This document shows, piece after piece, positions 12,496-24,239 of a stretch of DNA of 64,000 bases (position 1 is the stretch's first letter; each line of letters starts with the position of its first letter). The translations under genes were made by a program, and so were the position numbers. Below the pieces are notes generated by a model. That model was given only the letters and a program-made list of their open reading frames with translations. It was not told the DNA's origin and searched no databases. The stretch comes from Bispira polyomma. Its lineage: Eukaryota. The DNA is taken from positions 86,552,001-86,616,000 of the forward strand of contig OZ287752.1 of assembly GCA_965649765.1 (NCBI GenBank). Direction: 5' to 3'.

Positions 12496-15085
12496 ATGTC
12501 ATAATTAGGTTTCGACCATTGAATGTCCACCGGGCACCAATTACATGTCTTCAGGTAAAGGACCTCGACCTTGTTTGTGCTGTAAAAATGTTGCCAGCTT
12601 GACAATATATCTGCATACGTATTGTTACTTCCATGAACGTGCTCCACTGAGATGTTTATATTAAACTTGGCCTGAATTAACCATAATGTCCTGGCACAAG
12701 CATTCAGAAAGACATCTTTACCTTTAGACTTATTAAGTATATGGACCACAGCCATATTGTCGCAATGGACACAAACGCTTGTATCCCTCCAACAATCCCC
12801 CCATAGTCTGAAGGCAATCAATATGTTACACATCTCGAAATGCACAATACCTAGGTGTTGTTTATACTCTTGGGGAATATCCACACTATATATTTGCCCT
12901 TCCCAATATGCCCCTAAACTTTGCAGAGAAGCATCTACAAACAATTGTTTTCTAGGGGAGTTCATTTGGTGAATGGCTGTAACCCCATTGTATTCTTGTA
13001 AAAATACACAAAACCAATTAATGTCTTTGTGAAATGAATCATTTAAGGGGACCTTAGTATGAGGGGGAGTGCCTCTTAACACCCCCAAAATCCTGTTAAC
13101 GAACAGCCTGGCAGGCTTAACACAACGGTGTATGTAGATCAATTTGCCTAGCAATTGTTGTAACTGTCTGCGTGTAGCCCAGGACTTGCGAGTCCATTGT
13201 TTACATAATTGGCTGATTTCGCTAAGTTTACTCGCTGGTATCGTCAGGACCCCCGTGCGTGCATTCACATTTATCCCCAAACATGTAACACTTTCTGAGG
13301 AGGAATCTACCTTTTCATAATTAATTGGGAGGCCTAATTCTGTGATTAAATTCTTGAGGGAGTTAAACCCAGCACTAGCCTTTCTGGGAGGCGCAACGCC
13401 CAAGAAATCGTCTAAATACGCGCACGTCCAGTGATCAAGTTGACGCAACAAGTGAGTGACGCAGTCTGACGTCATCTGACACGCGCTGACGCCCGAGGAG
13501 AGGCCAAAGGGCACACTTACGTCCACATAGTAATCCCCCTCCCCAAGGCCCCATAGTCATATGGATCACTCCTCAAATTACGATATGCTCGTTTAAGGTC
13601 GATTTTATATATAAGGGCTGTAGGGCCTATCAAGGCTATCTGGTCCACTAAATCGTCTATAGTTGGATAGGACAATTTAAACTCGACCTCATCAAACACG
13701 TCCTTGGGAATGCAACTGTTTACACTTTTGCCTTTAGGCCATAAGAGATCCACTATAATGCGTCTATTCCCGTCGGGCTTGGGGCGAGACATCAAAGGGG
13801 ATACATGTAATTTTGGAAATGGGCTGTCCGCCAAAGGACCTACAATAGCCTTAAACTGGATTTCAGTGCTAAGATACTTGGCTACATGCTGGGGATAATT
13901 AGAAGCTGAGGCATGATTCACTGTAGTTTTACTATATTGAAACTGGTCATAATCCAGGGAAAGGGGGAAGCCATATTGCAAGTATTCACAAACCACATTA
14001 AAGTCGTAACCCCTAAGGTAGGAACGCCAAGCCTTTATGTTCAATTGGGAGGGGACAGATACTCTGGCCCCCCTATAGTTAGGGCATTGTTCTACTTGGG
14101 CGAGGGCATGAGCTTGTTTAACCCAACCAACCATGTCAGTGTCACTCAACTCCCGGCCTTCAGTCCTGTGAGCTAAATACTGCACAGGCCAACTTGGAAC
14201 AAAGCCCCTCAGCCACTTACCCAACGTTTCCCCCGAGCTAATTGTGACCCCACCGTCTTTCATTGAATCATCCAATTGTAAGGGGCTTATACCTTCAGTA
14301 CACCTTAATTGGGTAACACTCGTGCCAAACTGCCCTTGCAATATAGCTGAGCTAATATTGACTGATTCTTGGAACAATTCAACGGTAGCAACACTTGAAC
14401 TTCCCCCTAACTGGTCTTGTGACCAAGTACAATCACTATCGTTCTCCTCAGAAGTTGACACGCTGGTTATTTTAGCACCCATACCTGCAGAGTAATGACT
14501 CTGGCAGGTGACTTCGTCGGTCAATGACATCTCACTTAAACTATGTGTTGTACTAATACTCCCACTACTACGTCTGCTAATACTTAAAGGACCATAGCCC
14601 TTGACCTGTTGTATGTTACTCTCATTAAGCCCCACACTTGTGGGGGTGAATTGTTTATATGCATCACTATCAATTTCGTCTTGCGCATTATCTACCGACA
14701 TTTCTGCTTCATTTACCTCGATTACCCATCTAGGGCCATCTCTACTACTACTATAATTAGTACTGTTACTGTCCATACTGTTCTTCATAACGCACTCGAC
14801 TACTACTTCACCACTACTATCAGTGTTATCCAGAATACCTTCAGTATCCTGGTTGTTAAAAAGATGCAACCTTTGCACTTGTGATTCGCCTCCCTCCACA
14901 ATCGGCTGTCTCTGTGTTGACCAGAAGTGGTCCTTACTACACCAATTACAGCTACACCTGCCTAAATGCTTATTTTCCCAGAAACTGCTGACTAAGATAC
15001 CTTTGGTGTCGAATTTTTTTGCTACTACTGTAGTGTTACAGCTGACAGGGACCACCGATTTAATACTTGGAGAGAACCGACCCAC
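12492..15085 (-). pseudogene. pol (reverse transcriptase + RNase H) of YR element 1, one frameshift at ~13525
   Basis: RT motifs SPLMSRPKPDGNRRIIVDL, KIDLKRAYRNL, VPFGLSS and YLDD. RNase H motifs FVDAS, HFEM, HCDNMAVV and HVHGSNNTYADILS. Split between ORFs 13517-15085 and 12492-13526. Confidence 0.92.
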
Positions 15086-15089
15086 CTGA

Positions 15090-16313
15090 TCAAACTCGCT
15101 GTTCAGCCTTGTCCTCAGTCGTGGTACCCTTACTTGTCTCCGCCTGCTTCCTCTTACACTTGGTTTCCGGGTGGTCGTAGTTTTTTCTTACTACTCGGTA
15201 ACAATAGCCACAGGAGTGCTTCTGCAACCGACCGCCTTCATAGTGGTCGTGTTCGAATTTGCAGCTGCCCTTGGCGAATTTTGCACACACATTTATTTTC
15301 CCCGAAACGTCTTTGTTACTGTTATAGTCCTTATGGCCTCCCAGCCACCCCGTGTTAGAACTTGCCTTAAGGGCTCTTTGTGTAAACCTTTGCCTTATAC
15401 GGTCGATCTCTACCGGGTCCTCCCAGGACACCATGCCTCTTTCCATTTCCGACAAAATGGACGCATGAGCCCTCTTGGCAGTAGGCCACGATAAATCCAC
15501 CGCATCCTGCATCAGATTATACTGATACTTCAGCATATTTTGCTTCACTACCTCCTTGGTCTCCAACTGCACACAACGGGAAAAACCCTGCACCCACTGG
15601 TATATAGAAAGTTCTTCATAGGTCGGCATTTTTAAAGTGTCTGAAAGCATACAATGCTCATGTGGCCATATTACAGGTACTTTTACCCGCTGATCCCCCA
15701 ATCGATAACGTCCCGACTTTAACTTAGAAGGTAGCATACCTGTAATTTCGTCCCTTGAAAAGTCCTGATATTGCCGCAGCCTTCTCTCTACTTCTTCCTG
15801 GATCGCTGAATCCGTTCTGAGGAACTCCATTGTGGGTAGTTTGTCAGTAGGGCGAGCCGGCTCGGCAGCATTTCGGCGGATGGGGGTCCTATGTTTCGGC
15901 GAGCTGTGAGCCGACGGCACCGGCTCCAGCGAGAAGGCGGAATCTCTCACCCGCTCCTGAGCATCTAGTCTCTCTTCAATTCCCGTGAACCTGTCCATCA
16001 TCCTATCCAGCTTCGTCAGGAGGGCCACGCTTGCCGCCTTCCGTTTAGCGCGTTTCTTGGGGGCCTTACCTCTCACGTCTGCTTGGGATTGAGACTCGTC
16101 CACCGTCGCTAGTGATACTTCTGCAGTTGCTGGCCTCTGTGTAGAAATGGAAGGAAGTCCCGGAGTCTGCGCCTGTTCGCCTTCTGATGATGAGGAGCGA
16201 TCCATAGCTCTCTTTTTTCTACATAAATTACCCAGTGGAGGGTTGTGCACAGAACGGCAAGCTGAACACCGCTCCTTGCGTTTACTCCTGGTGTTATAAG
16301 ATTTAGGTGGCAT
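15090..16313 (-). CDS. Gag-like ORF1 of YR element 1
   Basis: Likely ATG at 16313 (MPPKSYN). N-terminal C-x2-C-x3-H-x7-C knuckle; WPHE...YEELSIYQWVQGF core; C-terminal CCCH plus H-x-C-x2-C...H-x4-C zinc fingers, shared with elements 2 and 3. Confidence 0.85.
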   Translation of the reverse strand: MPPKSYNTRSKRKERCSACRSVHNPPLGNLCRKKRAMDRSSSSEGEQAQTPGLPSISTQRPATAEVSLATVDESQSQADVRGKAPKKRAKRKAASVALLTKLDRMMDRFTGIEERLDAQERVRDSAFSLEPVPSAHSSPKHRTPIRRNAAEPARPTDKLPTMEFLRTDSAIQEEVERRLRQYQDFSRDEITGMLPSKLKSGRYRLGDQRVKVPVIWPHEHCMLSDTLKMPTYEELSIYQWVQGFSRCVQLETKEVVKQNMLKYQYNLMQDAVDLSWPTAKRAHASILSEMERGMVSWEDPVEIDRIRQRFTQRALKASSNTGWLGGHKDYNSNKDVSGKINVCAKFAKGSCKFEHDHYEGGRLQKHSCGYCYRVVRKNYDHPETKCKRKQAETSKGTTTEDKAEQRV

Positions 16314-16898
16314 TTCCAGACAATGATCACCCACTACTATCACATATGACACACATACACCACTTTGCACAATTACACACGTAACACAATAAGATGACTA
16401 AAAACGTTAAAAGTAGTAAATGTACTGTGTTTCTTAGTTTAAAATCCCCACAGAGCTTTTCATGCATTCTGTTCAAAAGCCTTTCCAAGAATGAGGGTTT
16501 TTGGACACTTGTGCACAAGCTTGGGCATTTTGGCGGGAAACCCAAGTTGTCACTTCAATTATGATTAATTGGTGAATGCTTCGACACTAGGTGAGAGGCT
16601 GAAATCTAACGCTGGCATTCCATAATGCACGCGTTCACTACATGCTTTGCTTTTTGGAATTATTTTACCGAAATAAAGTTTAATTTATTTTTGCTCTTAT
16701 CCTTAAAAAGAGACTTTTTGTTTCCTCTGTCAAACCCATCAAGAGGGCTGTAGCATTTTCAATCACTCCTCCCCAAGTTATGGAATAGTTGAGCTCAGAT
16801 CACTTGAAACACTTTCTGAGTTAAGGGAAAAACTTAAAACCTATTTTGTTCAAACTTACCTCCTTGTATATCCGTACATTATTCCTTACAATCTGGCT

Positions 16899-17453
16899 AT
16901 GTTTCTTTGTGTAGTGTTTAAACCTAAAAGGTATAAATTAAATTGCCCTACAGTGTCTCTTGCTGATACACCCCTGTTAAACGTTTCATCTGTAAAATAT
17001 TTAGGAGTTATTCTAACTGACAGTTTTCAAGATGATGAGGAAATTACAAAACAAACTAGGGGGATTTATGCTCGTGGAAACACACTTCTCAGAAAATTTA
17101 GTCAGTGCTCCACCCATGTCAAAATTGAATTACTGCAGGCTTATTGTACTAGTTTTTATTGCTGTCCTCTATGGACAAGTTACAACATAACAAGTTTTAA
17201 CAAAATTCGAGTGGCATACAACAATGTTGTTCGTAGGTTACTGGGATATGGATACAGAGACAGTGCCAGCCATATGTTTGTAAACAATGATGTAGATTGC
17301 TTGCGTGTTATTCTGAGAAAAAGTATTTTCAGTCTCAAAGTACGCATAGAAACGTCCAATAACAATATTGTGAAGGCCTTGTGCAATAATTTTTATTTGA
17401 AAAGTGGCACAATAAGTAAATCCTGGCAAAAAGCCTTATATACATCAAGCTGA
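16899..17453 (+). mobile_element. 5'-truncated non-LTR retrotransposon ORF2 C-terminus (RTE-X/CR1-like, clade uncertain)
   Basis: VKYLGVIL...IYARGNTLLRKFSQCSTHVKIELLQAYCTSFYCCPLW, a typical post-RT LINE region. Confidence 0.8.
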
Positions 17454-17597
17454 TATATTTTGATCAGATATGTCTTTTATCTTGTATGTCATATATTTTA
17501 AAGCCTTTCATACAGAACCTTTTTACTAGTGTACATATTTATCATGTTTTTGTGTGATGCTATTTTATCTTGTACTAATTATATTTTAATATGGGCC

Positions 17598-17770
17598 NNN
17601 NNNNNNNNNNNNNNNNNNNNNNNNNNNNNNNNNNNNNNNNNNNNNNNNNNNNNNNNNNNNNNNNNNNNNNNNNNNNNNNNNNNNNNNNNNNNNNNNNNNN
17701 NNNNNNNNNNNNNNNNNNNNNNNNNNNNNNNNNNNNNNNNNNNNNNNNNNNNNNNNNNNNNNNNNNNNNN
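17598..17770. other. Assembly gap (173 N)
   Basis: Run of n characters. Confidence 1.
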
Positions 17771-18798
17771 CACCAAAAGGCTAAGCCAAGACTTTATCTT
17801 AGATCCATTTTTTTTTGTGCTAGATTTATGACAATGTCTAGACTTAACCCTTTTGTGACTACCACTCCTGATTTACTGTTGCAAATCTAGATTTATTTGT
17901 CTTCACCTAAATTTCATAAGTCAGTTGTGGGCTACCAATCAAAGTGGCTACCTTAAGTAATATACCTTACGCCTTAATGTTATGGAAACCTCTATGACAT
18001 CACAGTGAAATGGGTGGCGAGAATTATGCTGTTGTTAACTGCTCTTATTTAAAATAAGAAAGTTTAACTCCTGCACTTGTAATCTACAAAAACAAGGAAC
18101 TAAGGGAAAATTGGTTTCTGGGAGTAACAAATGTTGTTGGCTGATAGTCGACAACCTAGGGCTCAAAATGTTATCACAAGCCTATCACCTCTGAGAACAG
18201 TGGCTTCAAATCTGACTGGTGCAGCCTTATGTAGGCATGTTTTTCAAATATGCGCTATAGGTCAGTAGTTGTTATGCCAGTGATACTACTGGTTTTCTCC
18301 ACCAATAAATCCAGCCATTATAATAGTATATATACCAAATATATTGAAAAGTGACGCAAAAATCCAAATCTAAATATATATCTGCGAGTGACATTTGGCC
18401 TTGCTCAAATAGTTTTTCAATGTCTAGTGGTTAGGGAGTTGGTGTGACGATCATTAGCTCCCCCGGTTCAACTTCCAATAGGAGAGAGTTGGTCTGGTGA
18501 TACAAAGAACTCCTGTTTGACTCCTGCTGATGCCAATAGGTAAGATGTGAACACGCCATTGCCTACTGATGATGACCGAGGCTATATATTGTAGGACACA
18601 TGATTTGGTGGGTTGATTTGGTTGTGCACTTATTACAAAATGCCTTACTTCACAGAAGCATGTTAAATATAATGCATATGCAGAGTATATGATACAATGC
18701 AATAGTACCCAATGCTTAAAACGTTATAATGATCACTTATTGACTATATCGATTTTTATTTATACCAGAAACTGATGATAGATTATATACTAGTACAC

Positions 18799-20347
18799 AT
18801 CCGACCTCACTGGTAAAAGAGTGTATTGACTTACTCATAACTCCCATTACCAACGTTGTCAATTACTCACTCTAGGGTATTTTTTCCAAACTGCTTTAAG
18901 ACTGCTCATGTCACCCCTTTACTCAAAAAAACCCAGCCTGGAAGAAACATCCTAAAGAACTACAGACCGGTGTCGAATCTCAGTTTTATTTCAAAACTCA
19001 CTAAGAAGGTCTTGGCTAAACAGCTTAATGGATTCATCTCTCAACAAGATATTGCAAATGTTAACCAATCTGCATACCGGAGCTCCCACTCCACAGAAAC
19101 TGCTCTACTCAAGATTCAAAATGATATAGCTACTTCATTGGACTCGGGAAAGGCAGTAGCTCTTACATTACTGGACCTCTCTGCAGCTTTTGACACCATT
19201 GATCACTCCATTTTATATGACTGTTTATTGGACTGGTTTGGAATTGATGGGACTATATTACTGTGGATCAAATCCTACCTCCTAGAACGTAAACAAAAAA
19301 TCAAAATTGGTAGCAGTTTTTCTGGAGTCTTTTTGCTCCCCTTCAGTGTTCCCAAGGTTCTGTCTTAGGTCCTCTGCTTTTTACCCTGTACACTACCCCC
19401 CTCAGTCAAGTTATTTCAAAGTTTAATATTACCCAGCACCTGTATGCTGATGACACACAGATATACCTAGCACTGGACTCCAGGAACTTTGACTCAAGTA
19501 TTACCAAATCAGCCCAGGAGTGGATGGATTGTGCAAAATTAAAACTCAACCCAGATAAAACAGAGTTCATTATTATAGGTAAAAAGCCACCACAGAGTTA
19601 CTTACACCAAAATTTCCTATTTCAATCCTCCAAAATAATATCACTCTGTCAGTGGAGGTAAAAAACCTGGGTGTCATCTTTGACTTGGACAACTCCTTCA
19701 ACAACCATATTGCCAAGGTTTGCTTTGCCTGTTACTATCATCTACGTGACTTGCAACGAATTTGAAGATTCCTTAGCGCTGATACTGCAGTTCTGGTAGC
19801 AAATGCTATGGTCAGTAGTCATTTGGACTATTGCAACTCTTTACTATACGGGGTTAGTAAGGCTAAAATTACCAAACTCCAGCGAGTCTAAAATGCTCTA
19901 TGTTGCATTGTTTACAGGCTTGACAGATTCAGCCATGTCACCCCTTACCTTCAAAAACTCTAGTTTTCAAGGCTATTAACTATTCCCAACCTCCCTACCT
20001 ATCTTCCTTAATCAAGTCCAGCAGCCTCACACTTGGAAATAGACTATATGTTTCATTTCGCCCTAAACAAAAAATTCGAAGGCGCAGCTTTGCTGTCGCA
20101 GCACCAGTAGAATGGAACAGGTTGCCACAAAATGTCAGATCCCAGGAGATACTATCAGGTTTTCGAAGCCAGCTCAAGACTCACTTGTTCAGACTGGCAT
20201 ATCCCCTACCTTAGTAACTTCCTGGTTGTTGCTAACTTGGTAACGACCTTTGCTTGATAAAGGACAATCTCTTTTTGGAATTCAGCGCATTAGAGGATTT
20301 TTAATAATTTTGCGGTATATAAATGCTTCTATTATTATTATTATTAT
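18799..20347 (+). mobile_element. 5'-truncated L2-clade LINE with (TAT)n tail
   Basis: RT motifs YRPVSNLSFISKL, QSAYRSSHSTETAL, LDLSAAFDTIDH, VPQGSVLGP-like and YADD. ATT-repeat tail at 20330-20347. The empty site is present in duplication copy A near 1320. Confidence 0.92.
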
Positions 20348-21944
20348 CACCTAACTCTAATGTGTTTAAAATGAGCAACTAAAAGTAAAACACGCCTTGC
20401 TGTTTAAGCTGTCTTGTCAACCATACCTCATTACATACATCATGTCTCTTCTGCCTTTGATTGAGAGGTAAGTATTATAATGTATCCTGACAATATAAGG
20501 TATAAGAACACCTTAGTTACTTGGATTTCTGGGGATTCCACTTTAACTCAACTGTGAAGCTTGCACTTGTGAGTGGGAGATTCACGGATTGTAACTGACC
20601 AGAGGTGCCGTTTTCTTTCTAGCTTCATAATGTTGAGAGGCCTTAAGATCCAGTTCCTGTAAACCAAGCGAGTTAAGTTTCTGAGTATAAAGGAGGTACC
20701 AGTAAAATTATATGGAGTCAAGACCTAAGGAGAGGTTTTTGGTGAAGGAGAGGTATATAATATATCCCCCTATAAGCGTTGGCTTCATGAGCAGTAGATC
20801 CACAGATCAAAAGCCCATCGAGGTCTAGAAATTCCATCTTTCTTTACAGTGTGGTATTGCAAACCAGTGTCTAATTGCTTCCAATTTTTAATTAAAAGGA
20901 GAGACCTCATCTAGTAAGCTTCTAACATTTTGCCACACCTAATTATAATGTTACTCCATCATATTAAGCCTTGTTTGAAGTTTTTCGACTCGATGTTGTA
21001 AACAACTGGCATATATTATCACGACTTCTCCCAAAATAATAGATAATTAAATTTAAAGCTTTGCAATCTAAATTACTTATGTTAATGAAAATACATGTTT
21101 TCATTACTTTTTGATTAAATTCGTTTTAGTGTATAATATCCTTTTAAAAAAGTTAAAATTTCGTGATTTAATTAACAAGGTTTAATATAGCTTTGATGTT
21201 TGATTTGGTTAAATATAAACTTCTGCCTCTTTAAACTAGGCCTATTTACAACATGAGTCCCCTTTGTGTTTGTTGTGTGAATTTATCAATTATTTTTTTA
21301 CAAAAGTTAAGACATTGTTACAATTACAAAACGTTGAATGGTTCAGACTAAAGTTTGAAATTCATGTTTGAGAACAATATTAATGTATAAACACATAAGT
21401 TGTAGAAAAAAACAACAGATTTCTTACATTTCAGCAATATACATCTATCTTTCAAGATTTCTGAGCTACCACCTTTATTCAAAAAAATTATTTTTTCAAT
21501 TTTATAATGAAATCTAATAGTATCTAACGCCGCATTAACATTTTATTTATTACATTTGGTAACATAAATATATCTCTTTATCATATTAAAAATATGATTA
21601 GTTAACTAATAAATTAATTGTTGTGTGAATAGTAAGCACCATTTAAAGTCCTGGAAAGGAAGATATAACATTAGTATAGGGGTAATATGCCCCAGACCGC
21701 AGTTCCTGAGGCACAGCAAGTTTTTGATGTCATTTCACCCATTTGCATACAGGAAGCGACATCACGGTGACATCAGGAATTGCAATCTGGGGGCATATTT
21801 CTCACTCTAAACTACTTATTATATCAGTTAAGTCTGTCTGGCCTACACATTTCGAAGTGGTACTGAGAAATATAAAAAAAAAAACGCTTGAGCCTTCAGT
21901 GAACTATAGATATTAAACCCTCTTACGTAACAAATGGGCGCCAT

Positions 21945-22170
21945 GGTGGCCCAGTGGTTAGAAGTGCTTGCTAATAATCACTGGTCTCAGACTAATTTGG
22001 GTCCAAATACTGTCCATTTCTTAATGTGGGAAGGTTTGTCAGGTACTTGATGTAGGTCTGTGGTTTACAATGCTTCAGCACTGGTTTCTTCCACCATTAA
22101 ATCTGGCCCTAGTGATATAACTTAAGCTGTTCAAAGTTACCTCAAACACAACTAAATTCAAATTCAATTT
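21945..22170 (+). mobile_element. tRNA-derived SINE with V-domain-like body (related decayed copies near 3075, 18180-18380, 38430-38630)
   Basis: Box A GGTGGCCCAGTGGTTAG; body GGTCTGTGGTTT...CACTGGTTTCTTCCACCATTAAATCTGGCC...GATATAACT; (AAATTC)n tail. Confidence 0.65.
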
Positions 22171-22394
22171 CCTAATAACATATCAGAAATTAAAAGTCAG
22201 AAACTGCTTGCAAATTGGAAAGGAAATTGTTTTAAAGTCGATTTATATGTGTATTTGAAAACAAAATGATGAACTTTTCACTATTGTTCATATATTGTAT
22301 ATATTATTCCAAAGGATTTACTTAAATGTATAAATTTACATATACTAAAATTACTGGATTTACTTAGGCTTTTTTTCTTTTCATTTTGCTTGCT

Positions 22395-23235
22395 ACTACT
22401 CCAAACTTAAACTTAACCCGGACAAAACAGAATTTATTCTCATTGGAAACAAGAAAAACAGTGAATACTTAAAATTGTTCTTTTCGATCTCCCTTCTGGG
22501 AAAAGACATACTACCTTCTGAAAATGCTAAAAACCTGTGTGTCACTTTTGATTCAGCTTTTTCATTTGATACCCATATTTCCAACATCTGTCGTTCTTGC
22601 TATTACCACATACGTGACATCAAACAAATCTGAAACCACATGTCAATGGACACTGCAATAACAGTGGCCAACGCCCTTGTGAGCAGCCGCCTCAACTACT
22701 GCAACTCTCTATTGTATGGAGTTAACAAGTCACAGATTAAAAAACTCCAGTCCATTCAAAACTACCTATGCAGGGTTATTTTTCGACTGGGTAATCATAC
22801 AGACGTCAATCCTTACTTAAAAAACTACAATGGCTGCCCATTCACTCTCGTATTTTGTTCAAAATACACGTTACCACTGTTAAGGCTTCCTATATAGCTT
22901 CCCTTCTCTCCTTCAGTAACCGTAAGAGAGGCAAACCAACTCTCTGTTTCTTTAGTCAAACCCATCAGGAAGGCGGGGTCCAGAGCGTTTTCCTTTGCAG
23001 CTCCTTTGTCTCCCAGTTCACCTCAGATCAGTTGACACACTCATCGGTTTTAGAAAAAAAGCCTTAAAACCCATCTTTTTAACCTCGCCTACCCACCTTA
23101 GCTTACCTCGTGCAGGCTCTGACTTCTTTCCTTACGACTTTGCTATGCCCATGGATTTTACAATTGGATCAATGATTCTTATGTTGTGCTTTAGAAGATG
23201 CCTGGCATCAATATAATAATATTAATAATAAAAAG
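22395..23235 (+). mobile_element. Decayed L2 LINE 3' fragment
   Basis: [15 protein letters not shown] and ANALVSSRLNYCNSLLYG motifs, a 3' UTR, and an AAT-repeat tail at ~23210-23230. Confidence 0.85.
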
Positions 23236-23589
23236 TACTCACAAAATAGAGAAAATAGTTTTCCATAAATGTTTTAGTGATGACTACCTGTTTTTGGTGA
23301 AGAATTGAAGGTTTATTGATTAACGACAAAAAGAAGCATGTCTTATTAAATATGGAATCTCAACAATAACAGTTACAACACTATTTAAAGTGAGTGCCAG
23401 TAAGTCACATCGAAATACTTTCCATCACCATCACAGGCACTTTTAAAACAAGGCAAATCAAAATGGCAAAAAGCGCAAACAGCTCCTTGTTTACAAAGTT
23501 TGCTACTTTATAATTTTTATGGCTGTATTTTTATCTGTAAAACTCAGATTACAAACCCCTCCTACCTTTATCCATACAGCATGAAAAAT

Positions 23590-24090
23590 CCCAACTGGTT
23601 TCCTAACTTATTATGGCAGAAGACGTCCTTAAACATAGGCCAGTCGAGATCACACATGTGAATTGTCATTTACTTTAAAATGAAGGTCCTATGATCTCCA
23701 ATTTGGCGTCCACTAACTCATACTTTGCCTTATCAAAACTCACATTATACCTCAGGATAGCCCTTTTTATAGTAGAACTGACGCCAACCTGTTATTACCC
23801 CATTGTTGCATGCTCCTGTTACACATATTTTATTTTAAAGGTGGTGGGGTTGGTTTATTAGCGAGGAACACATTCACTCTGTATCATTTGAGCATCTGGT
23901 TGCAACTATTGGCTTGCCAAATCATTAAGTCAATATTGTGGTTGTATATACAGACCACCTCGTGCCTCACTTTCTGATTTCCAATTTGATTTGTCCTTAG
24001 TAGTGTTCCTTTAAACCTTGCCTCCATATTTTATATATTTTCAAACAACTGATGGTTATTGTTCGCAGTTTAAATCCATCTTGGAATTAT
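23590..24090 (+). mobile_element. Highly decayed LINE ORF2 N-terminus (2A-like relic + APE endonuclease)
   Basis: Relics of LIMAxDV..., GGGVGLL (GGTGGTGGGGTTGGTTTATTA) and VVxYRPP (TACAGACCACCT). Confidence 0.55.
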
Positions 24091-24239
24091 TGTATTCTAT
24101 TGTATCATGCATTTTTCATGGGTGTTATTGATGCGAAGCATCTTCTCAAGTGTAACAACAGAATTAGTTGACCAATCAAAAAGTCCCCAAAACAGGGAAA
24201 GGATGTGAGGCTGTACAGGGAGGGAACTTTCCTATTTTA

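Larger units (their letters stand above)
11063..16607 (-). mobile_element. YR retrotransposon 1 (DIRS order, Ngaro-like), nearly intact
   Basis: gag, RT/RNase H and tyrosine recombinase ORFs lie in order on the minus strand, with no DAM-like domain after RNase H. The ends are inferred from the 13-bp inverted repeat TCAGCCTCTCACC (11065-11077) / GGTGAGAGGCTGA (16590-16602) and a TCT direct repeat. Minus-strand AATAAA at ~11166. Confidence 0.9.

Noticed and set aside
12492-13526. DIRS1-type element with DAM methyltransferase, long ITRs and ICR
   Set aside because: RNase H is followed by ~25 aa and a stop in all three elements, with no methyltransferase motifs. Element 3 has split direct repeats instead.
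17529-17890. ORFs spanning the N run
   Set aside because: Artefacts of the assembly gap.
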